From assembly GCF_003231495.1 (NCBI RefSeq), contig NZ_PQWO01000001.1, positions 210,001 to 242,000 on the forward strand: a stretch of DNA of 32,000 nucleotides. Reading direction: 5' to 3'. This document shows positions 8,799 to 16,696 of the stretch, piece by piece. A program made the position numbers and the translations under genes. Origin of the DNA: Acaryochloris thomasi RCC1774 (GTDB taxonomy: Bacteria; Cyanobacteriota; Cyanobacteriia; Thermosynechococcales; Thermosynechococcaceae). Below the pieces are notes generated by a model. The model had not been told where the DNA came from, searched no databases, and saw only the letters and a list, made by a program, of their open reading frames with translations. The first letter of the stretch is position 1. Every line of letters starts with the position of its first letter.

Positions 8799-9452
8799 TC
8801 AAATTTTTGCCACTACCTGATTCTCTAGGCTTTCAAGATCAATTCCATACTGTTGAATCAATTGAGTGGGGCTGCTATCTATTTTTGCGAGTTGGATGAC
8901 CCCCCATAAAAGGTGTTCAGTCCCAATTGATTTTTGATCCTTGAGCTGAACGGTCTCTAATGATAGCTCTAGAACGGACTTACATTGAGAACTCAACTTT
9001 GGCTCTCCTTGAAATTCAAAAGAATGATCATCGGTTGGGACGTCTTGCTTTGCACCATTGGCACGCAGTAGACGAGCAGAGGTTGTCGTTGGATCAGCCA
9101 GTAACCCTACTAGTAAATGTTCTAGCTCCACTTGCGGTGCTTTGGAACGAGAGGCTTCATTACCGGCAAACTTGATCACGTTGATTGCTTTTTGAGCAAA
9201 ACGCTCACGGCCAAAATATTTTTTGAATCGTTTAATCTGTGGTTGCATGGGACTTTCAGCCTCATAGATGAAAACATTTTCGATCGCAACACTAAATAGA
9301 CTGGCAAGCTTGAAAGCCATCTCCAAACTGGGGTCAAACTTACCAGACTCAAAACCATTAACGGCCTGACGACTAACACCCAATTCCCTAGCTATTTCAG
9401 CTTGAGATTTGTGGTGAAGCTTCCGCAGTTCTTTCAATCGGTTTTTCATCAA
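8799..9452 (-). CDS. XRE-family HTH transcriptional regulator fused to a Clp N-terminal (ClpC/ClpA R-domain) double repeat
   Basis: 217-aa ORF. The N-terminus MMKNRLKELRKLHHKSQAEIARELGVSRQAVNGFESGKFDPSLEMAFKLASLF is a classic HTH_3/XRE motif. The C-terminus aligns by eye to the ClpC N-domain: FAQKAINVIKFAGNEA...LEHLLVGLLADPTTTSARLLRANGA and KSVLELSLETVQLKDQKSIGTEHLLWGVIQ, compared with ClpC FTEKAIKVI...TEQILLGLI and [28 protein letters not shown]. Confidence 0.8.
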   Translation of the reverse strand: MMKNRLKELRKLHHKSQAEIARELGVSRQAVNGFESGKFDPSLEMAFKLASLFSVAIENVFIYEAESPMQPQIKRFKKYFGRERFAQKAINVIKFAGNEASRSKAPQVELEHLLVGLLADPTTTSARLLRANGAKQDVPTDDHSFEFQGEPKLSSQCKSVLELSLETVQLKDQKSIGTEHLLWGVIQLAKIDSSPTQLIQQYGIDLESLENQVVAKI

Positions 9453-9494
9453 TGTCGTACATCTATTGTCAAGTCATACTTTACTTTGGGATTT

Positions 9495-9527
9495 ACAGCC
9501 TCGTCAAGCTCTACTTGACGAGGCTGT
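9495..9527. promoter_or_regulatory. Perfect 14-bp inverted repeat upstream of the XRE-ClpN gene, candidate operator or 5' leader hairpin
   Basis: acagcctcgtcaag-ctcta-cttgacgaggctgt. It sits 43 nt upstream of the XRE gene start (9452), in the divergent region shared with the kinase gene. Confidence 0.5.
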
Positions 9528-9738
9528 CTGCAGAGTTGGCGTGACAACGCTCATAGGCGCTTTACTCCTGAGCGCGGCCCCCTGATATGGCGGGAACTTA
9601 CACCGTGAGCACTGCGTCAGCTAGCGGGGGAGATTTTAAGAAATATCTCTGCCGACATCTCTATATCAAAATAATTCTGCAATTCCACCTTGGTAATGGG
9701 GCATACCAGTAGGGTGGAACGGTATCGCAAATTAAATC

Positions 9739-11517
9739 ATGATTGGTCAACTTCTCTCAGGACGCTACAAACTGATCCGTCCCCTCGGGGCTGGGGGTAT
9801 GGGACAAACTTATGTTGCTGAAGACACACAGCGCCCTGGAAACCCTGTTTGTGTTGTCAAGCAACTAAAGCCACCGACGAATGATCCGAGTTTTCTGACC
9901 ATTGCCAAACGCCTCTTCAATAAAGAGGCAGAGACTCTAGAGCATCTAGGTCATCACAATCAAATCCCACAGTTGCTGGCTTACTTCGAGCATGGCCAAG
10001 AGTTTTTCCTCGTCCAAGATTTTGTTGAAGGCCATCCCCTCAGCCAAGAACTCGGTCAGCGCTGGCCTGAAGATCAAGTGATTCAGCTCTTAGATGAAGC
10101 CTTGACGATTTTAGATTTTGTCCACAGCCAAAACGTCATTCACCGCGATATTAAGCCCGACAACATCATCCGGCGGCAAAAAGACGACAGGCTGGTTCTG
10201 ATTGATTTCGGAGCCGTTAAACAGGTTCGCTCTCAAAACACCGTCCTCGCCAGTCAGGTCAGCCAAAGCGTTGCGGTCGGTACACCGGGCTATATGCCCA
10301 GCGAACAGGTCAGCGGTCATCCCCGCCCCAGCAGCGATCTCTATGCCCTTGGGAAAATCGGCATTCAAGCGCTGACGGGCCTATTACCAACCCAGCTACT
10401 CGAAGATGCAGATGGTGAAGTGATTTGGCGTGAACAGGCACAAGTCAGTGAAGGGTTAGCGGCATTTCTCACCAAGATGGTGCGTCACTATTTCAAGATG
10501 CGCTATCAAACGGCAGGGGAGGCGCTAGAGGCGCTGCGTCAGCTTCGCGTTGCACCGACAGAAGTTGTAGCCCCTGTTCCGCCACCGATTCCACCGATTA
10601 ATGCTCAGCCCGTCGTCCCGACACAGCCTCAACCGGTGGCGACGGTACAGCCTGACTACACGGTACCTGTTGCGGCTCCGACTCCAGCACCGATTAGCCA
10701 ACCGGAGTCTTCTCGATCCCTAGTCCCTCTTTTTATTGGCGCGGGGTTGCTGGCTGCTGGCTTAGTGGGGGGTGCGGTTGCTTTGCAGTCTAGTTTCAAC
10801 AATTCGTCGCCAACGGTTGAAGTCACGCCTAAAGCAGATGCAGGTGCTGCGCTTTTAGTTCAGGCACAGGATGAAGCAGAGACAGGAGATCTAGGGGAGG
10901 CCGTTGCGATCGCAACCCAAATCTCAACCGACAGCGACAGCTATGCAGGGGCAACAGAATCCATCGAACAGTGGCAGACCGACTGGGATGAACAGAATGA
11001 CCTGTTTGAAAGAGCTGAAACCGCCCTCTCTGCGGGCCGCTGGATTGAAGCGAGAAATGCCGCTCGGGCACTTCCCAACAATGACTACTGGGAACCTAAA
11101 ACAACCCCCATCATTGCTAAAGCCAAGCGCGAACTAGATGCCATTAAAGCGCCTAAGCCGACTCCGACCCCAACCGCAACGCCCACCCCGACCCCGACTC
11201 CAACGCCCACCGCAACGCCCACGCCTACCCCTGGCTCACCCTCAGGAACGTTTCAAGATGACACTTGGCAGGTCACCCTGCGGGGAGAAAACAGCAACTT
11301 AACTTACGAGGGACGCAACCTCAAAACAGGCGATTCTCTGAATCTATCGGGAGCCACGGTTGCCACCAGTCAAGATCGCAAAGTTTATACCTGGTACAAC
11401 GGTGACTATCAGTATCGAGTGAGCTGGCGGCCCAGTGACGCCTCGGTCCTCCGGCTGCAGGTGATCACACCCAAGGGCAGAGAACTGATCAATAGCCTTC
11501 TCTATGAGAGGACTTGA
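9739..11517 (+). CDS. Membrane Ser/Thr protein kinase (Hanks type) with an extracytoplasmic C-terminal domain
   Basis: 592-aa ORF. Kinase motifs are GAGGMGQTY (G-loop), VVKQL (Lys), HRDIKPDNI, DFG and GTPGYMPSEQ. A Pro-rich linker follows, then the TM segment LVPLFIGAGLLAAGLVGGAVAL, then a helical region, a PT repeat and a C-terminal beta-rich domain. Confidence 0.92.
   Translation: MIGQLLSGRYKLIRPLGAGGMGQTYVAEDTQRPGNPVCVVKQLKPPTNDPSFLTIAKRLFNKEAETLEHLGHHNQIPQLLAYFEHGQEFFLVQDFVEGHPLSQELGQRWPEDQVIQLLDEALTILDFVHSQNVIHRDIKPDNIIRRQKDDRLVLIDFGAVKQVRSQNTVLASQVSQSVAVGTPGYMPSEQVSGHPRPSSDLYALGKIGIQALTGLLPTQLLEDADGEVIWREQAQVSEGLAAFLTKMVRHYFKMRYQTAGEALEALRQLRVAPTEVVAPVPPPIPPINAQPVVPTQPQPVATVQPDYTVPVAAPTPAPISQPESSRSLVPLFIGAGLLAAGLVGGAVALQSSFNNSSPTVEVTPKADAGAALLVQAQDEAETGDLGEAVAIATQISTDSDSYAGATESIEQWQTDWDEQNDLFERAETALSAGRWIEARNAARALPNNDYWEPKTTPIIAKAKRELDAIKAPKPTPTPTATPTPTPTPTPTATPTPTPGSPSGTFQDDTWQVTLRGENSNLTYEGRNLKTGDSLNLSGATVATSQDRKVYTWYNGDYQYRVSWRPSDASVLRLQVITPKGRELINSLLYERT
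11158..11230 (+). repeat. Imperfect tandem Pro-Thr codon repeat (PTPTPTATPTPTPTPTPTATPTPTP linker) inside the kinase gene
   Basis: Direct read of repeated ccg/ccc/cca-acc/acg/act units. Confidence 0.85.
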
Positions 11518-11546
11518 AGACCAAGGCATCAACTGATACGGGCCAT

Positions 11547-12062
11547 TTACCCCCTATCCTCGCTAGTATCGAGTTCTAGTGCGTCTGCTTGGCTATCGAT
11601 GTATAACATCAGCAATCCGAGGATGAGCGTGAGTAGCGATCGCAACCAAGCCCGCACCGGAATATCTAGCACCAACCCCCAAGTGCCACACCAGCAGAGG
11701 GCAATGCCCAGAATGGTGTACAGCGACGCCAAGTGCGGGAAGTGCTGCCGCAGAAAATTAAACAGCGCTTGGCGGCTATCAGCAGAGGTAGAATTCTGCG
11801 GCGTCTTCATCGTCACGAGTACCTGCAGCGATGCATCTTCCAGTGACAATAGCGTCAGACCCACGATCAATAAAACAAGATGTCGTAACGGAGTCCAAGC
11901 GGACTGAAGCTCAATAGTAACCGTTAGATCTTGCCCTGCTGCCCAAGCATCAGCAAAGCACCAAATCGCGCTCCAGATAAACACCAGGCTGAACAAGTGA
12001 TAAACGGCATAGAGGGGCTGAGTTTTGAACTGTGATAACAGTCGAGGACTACCGTTGCCCAC
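11547..12062 (-). CDS. Hypothetical integral membrane protein (about 4 TM)
   Basis: 171-aa ORF with a GTG start that overlaps the upstream PEP-CTERM gene stop by 14 nt. Hydrophobic segments are LYAVYHLFSLVFIWSAIWCF, LVLLIVGLTLLSL, LYTILGIALCWCGTWGLVL and LLTLILGLLMLYI. I recognised no family. Confidence 0.5.
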   Translation of the reverse strand: MGNGSPRLLSQFKTQPLYAVYHLFSLVFIWSAIWCFADAWAAGQDLTVTIELQSAWTPLRHLVLLIVGLTLLSLEDASLQVLVTMKTPQNSTSADSRQALFNFLRQHFPHLASLYTILGIALCWCGTWGLVLDIPVRAWLRSLLTLILGLLMLYIDSQADALELDTSEDRG

Positions 12063-12807
12063 TTAATGTTTTCCGCTTTCTCATGACAAGCAATCCTAGC
12101 CCTGTGAGGACAAGTCCTGCGACACCGCTAGGTTCAGGTACCGCTCGAAGACTGAGCGCATTAATGCCGATGGCACGATTTGGGACTGAAGAACTAAATT
12201 CGAGTCGAGAAATGTTTGCGGTATCACTCAAGGCTCCGAGAAATAGGGCCGAGTTATCTAAAGCCAGGGAAGCCGTACCCGGCGCAGAGAAGTTACCGAG
12301 CAAATTATTGTCACGATCAAAAGCCGAAATAAAGGCGTCAAACATCGGCGTATCGTCCACCGCAATTTGGGCACCCACGGCTCTAACCGGCGTTTCAAAG
12401 CTCAGCGACAGGGGGCCTGGGTTTCCGGGTGCTGGGAACTGGGTGGGATCTAACCCAGTAAATAGAACAAAGTCGTCAGGCGCAAAATTAGTGGCAATAC
12501 CAGCAGCAGTTGTTTGAAATAGCAGGGGTGGCGTAATTGTAGGATCGCCCGTTGGCGGAATATCAATATTCACCTGTAAGCCATTATCTGAAGTGGCTGT
12601 AGAGGCAAAGGGTAGAACTCGAAAAGGCTGGGGTGGATCAATCGGACCTAGGCTAGCCCAATCTAACCGATCGTTGCTGCGCAGATCTGCACGACTGGTT
12701 GTAAATGAAAGAGAGGCACCCAAGGACGGCAGTGCCATGACGGAGGTAACAAGGACTGTTCCAGCCAAACCAAGCAACGGTCGGGTCAATCGCTTTAGTG
12801 AAGTCAT
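12049..12807 (-). CDS. PEP-CTERM sorting-domain secreted protein
   Basis: 252-aa ORF with signal peptide LLGLAGTVLVTSVMALPSLGA. The C-terminal VPEPSGVAGLVLTGLGLLVMRKRK is a canonical PEP-CTERM motif followed by a TM segment and a basic tail. Confidence 0.85.
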   Translation of the reverse strand: MTSLKRLTRPLLGLAGTVLVTSVMALPSLGASLSFTTSRADLRSNDRLDWASLGPIDPPQPFRVLPFASTATSDNGLQVNIDIPPTGDPTITPPLLFQTTAAGIATNFAPDDFVLFTGLDPTQFPAPGNPGPLSLSFETPVRAVGAQIAVDDTPMFDAFISAFDRDNNLLGNFSAPGTASLALDNSALFLGALSDTANISRLEFSSSVPNRAIGINALSLRAVPEPSGVAGLVLTGLGLLVMRKRKTLSGQR

Positions 12808-12952
12808 GATTAAAAATCAGTAGATTTGAACAAATCATTACCTAGCGCCAATCCTTGCACATCAACATCAACCAGGCCGGAAAACACACTAAGTTTTACA
12901 TCGCGTCTACAGGTTCTCGCGAGACTTCTGGAAGTACTTCGGCATCCTTCTG

Positions 12953-13597
12953 TTGAACAGACTGATTGTTCCCAGTCCTGTCTATGATGTGGAAGAGATG
13001 TTTGTAGATTCGACGATTCCTATGCCTCTGCAGCTACAGTGCCACAGTTCCCCGCAGTGGATTGATGCCGTCCTCGCGGACTTCGACCCCTTCTTGCTTG
13101 ATCATGCTGCCAACGAGAAGAAAGCCTCAGGCGTAGCCATGAACTTAGCCGCCCACTATCCCGACAAGCCGGAACTAGTGGCCGAGATGATTGATTTAGC
13201 AATTGAGGAACTGAGCCACTACCGCGATGTTTTTAAGCTGATTCGAGAGCGCCAGCTTACGATCCCCCCCGATCAGAAAGATCCCTACGTGAATCAGCTC
13301 CGCGCCCTGATTCGGAAAGGAACTGAGTATTATTTTTTAGATCGGCTCCTGGTGGCAGGCATCATTGAAGCCCGTGGGTTAGAACGGTTTACCTGCATTG
13401 CTGACGCGCTCCCAATGGGCAAGCTGAAAGGATTTTATGTTGCGATCGCACGTTCCGAAGCCCGCCATGCCGACCTATTCCTCTCCTTAGCACAACAGTA
13501 TTTTGACCCCAACGCCATCACAACGCGGCTTGAAACCTTGCTCACCCAGGAAGCAAATTTGTTAGAGAATCTACCCGTCAGAGCTGCACTTCATTGA
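12953..13597 (+). CDS. miaE: tRNA-(ms2io6A37)-hydroxylase MiaE (ferritin-like di-iron protein)
   Basis: The longest ORF starts at TTG 12953. An in-frame ATG at 12998 would give 199 aa and may be the true start. MiaE-like motifs are LLDHAANEKKASGVAMNL, AIEELSHYRDVF, GIIEARGLERF and ARSEARHADLF, which are E/H di-iron ligand helices. Confidence 0.78.
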   Translation: MNRLIVPSPVYDVEEMFVDSTIPMPLQLQCHSSPQWIDAVLADFDPFLLDHAANEKKASGVAMNLAAHYPDKPELVAEMIDLAIEELSHYRDVFKLIRERQLTIPPDQKDPYVNQLRALIRKGTEYYFLDRLLVAGIIEARGLERFTCIADALPMGKLKGFYVAIARSEARHADLFLSLAQQYFDPNAITTRLETLLTQEANLLENLPVRAALH

Positions 13598-13646
13598 GTT
13601 CTCTACCTAGTCAAATTGCAGCGAACCAGCCACAGCTTTCAGCCGT

Positions 13647-13675
13647 CTCTCCCCAGAATTGGGGGGTCGGGGGGC
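13647..13675 (+). repeat. G/C-rich palindromic dispersed repeat, copy A
   Basis: ctct-cccc-agaatt-gggggg-tc-gggggg-c. It belongs to the same family as the copies at 25922-25953 and 26152-26183. Confidence 0.8.
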
Positions 13676-13810
13676 GAGTGCAACACCCGTAGATTGTTTC
13701 CCAGTTGCTGTATACCGATATACATAGTCTGCTGGAAGGAATAAGCATTGCCTCCGATAAAGCTCTTCTATTAAGAATCCTTCCCGCACATACCCTCCGG
13801 TCCCCCAGCA

Positions 13811-15124
13811 ATGCCATCTAACCCATACCGTCCCTATTTAGATCGCTACGCAGAACCGATCGCAACTGAACTAGAGCCTAAAGTACTGCTGCCGCATACC
13901 TATCAATTTGTCATTGTCATTCCAGCCCACAACGAACCCCCTGACAGTCTAGACAGAGTTCTCCCTCAAGACCTGCAGAACACCTTAGTGATCGTGGTCG
14001 TCAACGCAGCAGAAGCCGAGAAACCAGCAGCAGCAACTGCTGAATACACTGCAGCCTTGCGAAACACGCAGATCTTCCTTGAGCAGTTTTACCCCAAAGG
14101 CGCTCTGTTCACCATCGTGCCCCAACAGAATCAGTCCACCCTACTGATTGTGGACTGCTGCACTGCCGGACGTTTGCTGCCGCATAAGCAGGGCGTCGGA
14201 CTCGCGCGCAAAATTGGCGGAGATCTAGCCGTTGCCTGCATTGCCGAACAGGTTGTAGTCTCCCCCTGGATTCACTGCACCGATGCAGACGTCGAGCTTC
14301 CCCTTGGCTATTTAGGAGAGGTAGATCCAACGGTTGCCGTCGCAATTTATCCGTTTCGTCACTGCCCACCCCACCGCAATATTTTGCAGTATGAGATTTC
14401 ACTGCGCTACTACGTGCTGCAGATGGCGGCGGCAGGGTCTCCCTATGCGTTTCAAAATATCGGCAGCTTACTGAAAATCAACGTCCGCAACTACGTCGCG
14501 GTTCGGGGGTTCCCAAAGCGGCAGGCTGCAGAAGATTTTTACATGCTCAACAAGCTCACCAAAACAGGCCCCGTTGAACGGCTGAAAGCACCCGTCGTTT
14601 CTCTCTCTTCACGAGTGTCAGGGCGTGTGCCCTTCGGGACGGGGGCAGCAATGGGGCGATTAACCACTGAACCTGACCTGCAGCTCTATAATCCTGACAT
14701 TTTCCGACAGCTCAAGACTTGGCTAGCCTTAGTGGAAAAGCTGTGGTGCAGTCTCAGCTTAATTCAGCAGCAGGGACTCGCCAAGTGGTGGCCTGCGGAT
14801 CCACTGCTGCTTGATGTTCTTCAGGAGATGGGGCTAGAGAAGATACTGGTGCAGGCCGAACGACAGTGTCGAGACTTTCCTCACTTTCGGTTCTTTCTCT
14901 GGGGCTGGTTTGATGCCTTTCGGACCTTGAAATTTGTCCACGCGCTACGCGATCGCAAATATCCGTCACTTTCAATCTGTGAAGCAGTGGCCCAATCGGA
15001 CGGCGACTTAGATTTATCTCAGGCCACATCCGATATATCCACGTTACAAACCATCAATGACCGGCTGATTGATCAAGAAAATCAGTTGCCATCTCTGATT
15101 GGTCCCACCCTCCAAACGCTTTAG
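13811..15124 (+). CDS. GT-A fold (family 2-like) glycosyltransferase candidate
   Basis: 437-aa ORF. VIVIPAHNEPPDSL is a typical GT2 N-terminal strand. Also present are GVGLARKIGGDLA, the DxD-like motif CTDADV, and EDFYMLNKL. The family assignment is by motif only. Confidence 0.5.
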   Translation: MPSNPYRPYLDRYAEPIATELEPKVLLPHTYQFVIVIPAHNEPPDSLDRVLPQDLQNTLVIVVVNAAEAEKPAAATAEYTAALRNTQIFLEQFYPKGALFTIVPQQNQSTLLIVDCCTAGRLLPHKQGVGLARKIGGDLAVACIAEQVVVSPWIHCTDADVELPLGYLGEVDPTVAVAIYPFRHCPPHRNILQYEISLRYYVLQMAAAGSPYAFQNIGSLLKINVRNYVAVRGFPKRQAAEDFYMLNKLTKTGPVERLKAPVVSLSSRVSGRVPFGTGAAMGRLTTEPDLQLYNPDIFRQLKTWLALVEKLWCSLSLIQQQGLAKWWPADPLLLDVLQEMGLEKILVQAERQCRDFPHFRFFLWGWFDAFRTLKFVHALRDRKYPSLSICEAVAQSDGDLDLSQATSDISTLQTINDRLIDQENQLPSLIGPTLQTL

Positions 15125-15184
15125 CAAGCGGGGATATAGAGGCGTTAGGAGAAGAAAACAGCAGAACATCGACGAACGACATCC

Positions 15185-15514
15185 CTAATCAGTGGTGATG
15201 CCTTCAAAAAGTCCTGAGAGGGTCTCCATCCCTGCCTCGATAGCCGTAGCGAAGCCTTCGGTTGCACCTTCGACACTCCTTGCAGCTCCTTCATAGACAT
15301 CTGAGGAAACAGCAATACAGTCGGTATCAGAGGTCAGCAGGGTGGCGTCGATAGGATTTAGATGATGCTCGATCGGTTGATCCTGCGGCCCATCAGGAGG
15401 CTGAAGCTGTTGCCGAAAAGGTCGCGCCAATCGATCTAACAGCTTGATGGCCACAACAAGAACACTTACGGTCGAAAGACAGATTAAAAGGAAGAGTGCA
15501 GAATTGAGTGACAT
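15185..15514 (-). CDS. Hypothetical small N-terminally anchored acidic protein
   Basis: 109-aa ORF with a single N-terminal TM (ALFLLICLSTVSVLVVAI). Codon composition resembles the neighbouring genes. I recognised no family. Confidence 0.4.
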   Translation of the reverse strand: MSLNSALFLLICLSTVSVLVVAIKLLDRLARPFRQQLQPPDGPQDQPIEHHLNPIDATLLTSDTDCIAVSSDVYEGAARSVEGATEGFATAIEAGMETLSGLFEGITTD

Positions 15515-15576
15515 GGTTCAATTTGCTTATTTGCTCAAGCCTAGCAAACGCATTGGATAGACTGCTTAGAAATCGT

Positions 15577-16542
15577 CTACGACCAAGCCCGGAAGAACGT
15601 ATTTTCTTCCCAGATATTTGCGGTTAAACGCTCAATGTTTTCCCTGTCGGCTTGGGCTAAGGGCTGGTATTGCTGAGCAACAGCAATATTCCCTGCAAGC
15701 TGCTCCGGCGTCTCAGCAGCAATGATGCACCCGTGAACCCCATCGAGTGATAGCGTATAGCCCATCGCTTGACGCATATCTAAGGCACCAGGTTTTAACA
15801 GCCTGCCGTAGGCTGGGACTTTCATGGCAATAACGCCCACGTTCTGCTTTTGAGCCACTGGCAACACGGTGGTGGCAAAAGGGCGGGGGTGGTGAATATC
15901 GGCGGCGTTAATAGAAACAAGTGTGGTATCAAACGGATAGCGCTGCAGACCTTCGGCAATAATATCGGGTTCATGGTGTCCGGTGATGCCGCTGAAGCGA
16001 ATCAGCTTCTGCTCTTTGGCTTCTTTAATCGCTTCAATAGCTCCATCTTTAGCAAAGATAGCCTCTAAATCTTCTGGGTAAGACACATGGTGAAGCTGCC
16101 ATGAATCAAGGTGGTCAGTTTTGAGTCGATTCAGCGAACGCTCTAAATTCCGCCAGGCTCCGTCGCGGTCTCGGGCTGCGGTTTTGCTGGCGAGGAATAC
16201 CTGCTGTCGGTACTGGGGCAAAATCTTGCCGAGATACTCTTCACTGGGGCCGTAGCTGGCGGCGGTGTCGAAGTAGCGAATACCAAGCTGGAGGGCTTTT
16301 TCGATAATTGCGATCGCATCTCCCTCTTGCCCTGATCTTGACAGAGGTGTTTGCCCTGCTCCGCCCAGCCCTAAGATCGGCAGCGCTACCCCCGTCTTCC
16401 CCAGTACGCGTTCAGGCATTTGCCCCGTTGTGAGATCAACTTGAGATGCAGCACGGGGTGGTTGAGTGAGAGCTTTACAGCCTACGGCTCCAGCCGCAGC
16501 CAAGCTAGAAATCAAAAAGTTTCGTCTCGTTTTTCGCGCCAT
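15577..16542 (-). CDS. Aldo/keto reductase with a twin-arginine (Tat) signal peptide
   Basis: The ORF is open from GTG 16566, but ATG at 16542 gives MARKTRRNFLISSLAAAGAVGCKA, which is a T-R-R-x-F-L Tat motif plus h-region. The AKR core includes LGLGGAG, IRYFDTAASYG, HLDSWQLHHV and the GITGH region. Confidence 0.88.
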   Translation of the reverse strand: MARKTRRNFLISSLAAAGAVGCKALTQPPRAASQVDLTTGQMPERVLGKTGVALPILGLGGAGQTPLSRSGQEGDAIAIIEKALQLGIRYFDTAASYGPSEEYLGKILPQYRQQVFLASKTAARDRDGAWRNLERSLNRLKTDHLDSWQLHHVSYPEDLEAIFAKDGAIEAIKEAKEQKLIRFSGITGHHEPDIIAEGLQRYPFDTTLVSINAADIHHPRPFATTVLPVAQKQNVGVIAMKVPAYGRLLKPGALDMRQAMGYTLSLDGVHGCIIAAETPEQLAGNIAVAQQYQPLAQADRENIERLTANIWEENTFFRAWS

Positions 16543-16696
16543 TTTGGCCCCCTGTGCGATGGACACCTCTCTAAACTAACGAATCAACCCGCAAGAAGGG
16601 CAGGCCCCTTTATCCGGCAGCACCCTTGCAGTTGAGCTTAAGACGTTTCGTTTTTTCTCCCCGAAGGGCTGAAATAGCGGCAACAGAGGCAAAAAG

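Noticed and set aside
12032-12517. 161-aa plus-strand ORF antisense to the PEP-CTERM gene, and 11599-11907 antisense to the membrane protein
   Set aside because: The opposite strand carries a diagnostic PEP-CTERM motif and signal peptide. These ORFs have no features and a Ser/Arg/Pro-rich shadow composition.
13598-13810. Two overlapping 60-68-aa minus-strand ORFs between miaE and the GT-A gene
   Set aside because: They run through repeat copy A, giving peptides such as PPNSGERRL and PQFWGE. They are best explained as a repeat-containing intergenic spacer.
12953-15124. Idea that miaE and the adjacent GT-A-like gene form a tRNA-modification operon
   Set aside because: The genes are separated by 213 bp that contains a dispersed repeat. 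I know of no glycosyl step linked to ms2io6A. Adjacency alone is insufficient evidence.
16543-16566. GTG start at 16566 for the aldo/keto reductase, and GTG 19327 for the 4-His membrane protein
   Set aside because: The downstream ATGs (16542 and 19282) give canonical signal or TM N-termini (MARKTRRNFL and MKPKFSTLIVLLL). The longer forms add non-hydrophobic residues with no function I can see. This is not certain without N-terminal data.
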